DNA of 63,198 nt, filler included, from Octopus bimaculoides (lineage: Eukaryota): assembly GCF_001194135.2 (NCBI RefSeq). It is 8 parts of 8 records of this genome, joined end to end, with 100 filler letters (N's around TTAATTAATTAA, not from the genome) between each part and the next. Parts side by side here need not be neighbours in the genome. Positions count along the whole stretch, not along the records: positions 59,660 to 63,198 come from NC_068984.1; 7 more parts are not named here. One strand, written 5' to 3'. The position numbers and the translations under genes are program-made. A model generated the notes under the pieces. It was given only the letters and a program-made list of their open reading frames with translations, was not told where the DNA came from and did not search any database. Positions 62,516 through 63,198 of the stretch are shown here, in pieces. How positions within the stretch are numbered: position 1 is the first letter of the stretch; the number at the start of each line of letters is the position of its first letter.

Positions 62516-63134
62516 ATGTCTCGTTGTGGTAAGACCTGTTTTACCTGTCAATCCTATATTTGAATTTTGTTTTTCGACAATTGGATGTTTTTTTGGGGGG
62601 TGGGGGGTGGGGGGCGGTGTATTGCATAGAAACACGATAAGAAAAGGCGAGTAACTTTGTCTATGTTTTGATCTGCCTGCTTTTGACAAAACATGTTTAC
62701 AAAGTAATGGCCCTCAAAAGAAAATGTTGACGATTGCATTGCAAGCAAAATAAGAAAGAACACGAACAAGAATACTTTGTTGTCAAGACATATACGATTT
62801 AAATGGGAGAAAACGAGGGGCATAGGAATGGTTGCTTGGTTAAGTTGTTTCCTACGCCACCAAGTGGATTGAGGTGCCGTCCTATTGTGACACATTTGGG
62901 GCAAGAGTCTCTTATTACAACTTGGTGTTGACCAATGCCATAATAAGTGAAATTGGCCGACATAAGCTGAACGGAAGCCTGTGATAAGAATGAAATGGTG
63001 CTATTCATGATTACCACAGACTAGAAATTTCAAGAGTTTCATAATAAGATGGACGAAAAAAAAAATGTGTATTCTACGCCTCTTTTCCCTTATTTTTTAA
63101 TTTCAAACTCAAACTTGTAATCGGGCTAAGTATT

Positions 63135-63193
63135 ATGAAGAAACCCCCTTGGGTGTTATATATATATATATAACACCAAAGGGGTTTCGTCAT
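63135..63193. repeat. Imperfect palindrome centred on (TA)n
   Basis: atgaagaaacccccttgggtgtta-(ta)n-taacaccaaaggggtttcgtcat. Confidence 0.8.
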
Positions 63194-63198
63194 TATAT

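Overview
AT-rich, microsatellite- and retroelement-dense animal genomic DNA. The SINE and RTE families suggest a coleoid cephalopod, probably Octopus (inference). It is a draft assembly with many N gaps and seven artificial N-TTAATTAATTAA-N linkers, so adjacency across linkers is unproven. Host-gene content: two clean + strand exons (11673-11807, 13665-13822) of a DLC1/STARD13/STARD8-family RhoGAP-START gene; a compact - strand gene at about 60012-61340 encoding a signal-peptide-bearing protein I cannot assign to a family; and a few weak candidate exons. The rest is mostly mobile DNA: four Penelope-like element (PLE) remnants, one LTR-to-LTR but decayed Gypsy provirus with 5-bp TSD, many RTE LINE pieces, a BovB-like RTE, a HERO-like restriction-endonuclease LINE, a Tigger/pogo remnant, a hAT/Charlie-like MITE and at least three tRNA-derived SINE families. 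The best unannotated signal is hammerhead ribozymes (HHRs). One sits in the inverted pLTR of a PLE and has a 56-nt stem-II loop (3554-3656). Another belongs to a 438-bp TSD-flanked element in which a tRNA-like Pol III head lies between two inverted HHR-bearing arms (41512-41949), a candidate PLE-mobilised ribozyme SINE. Most ORFs in the supplied track are artefacts of N runs and microsatellites.
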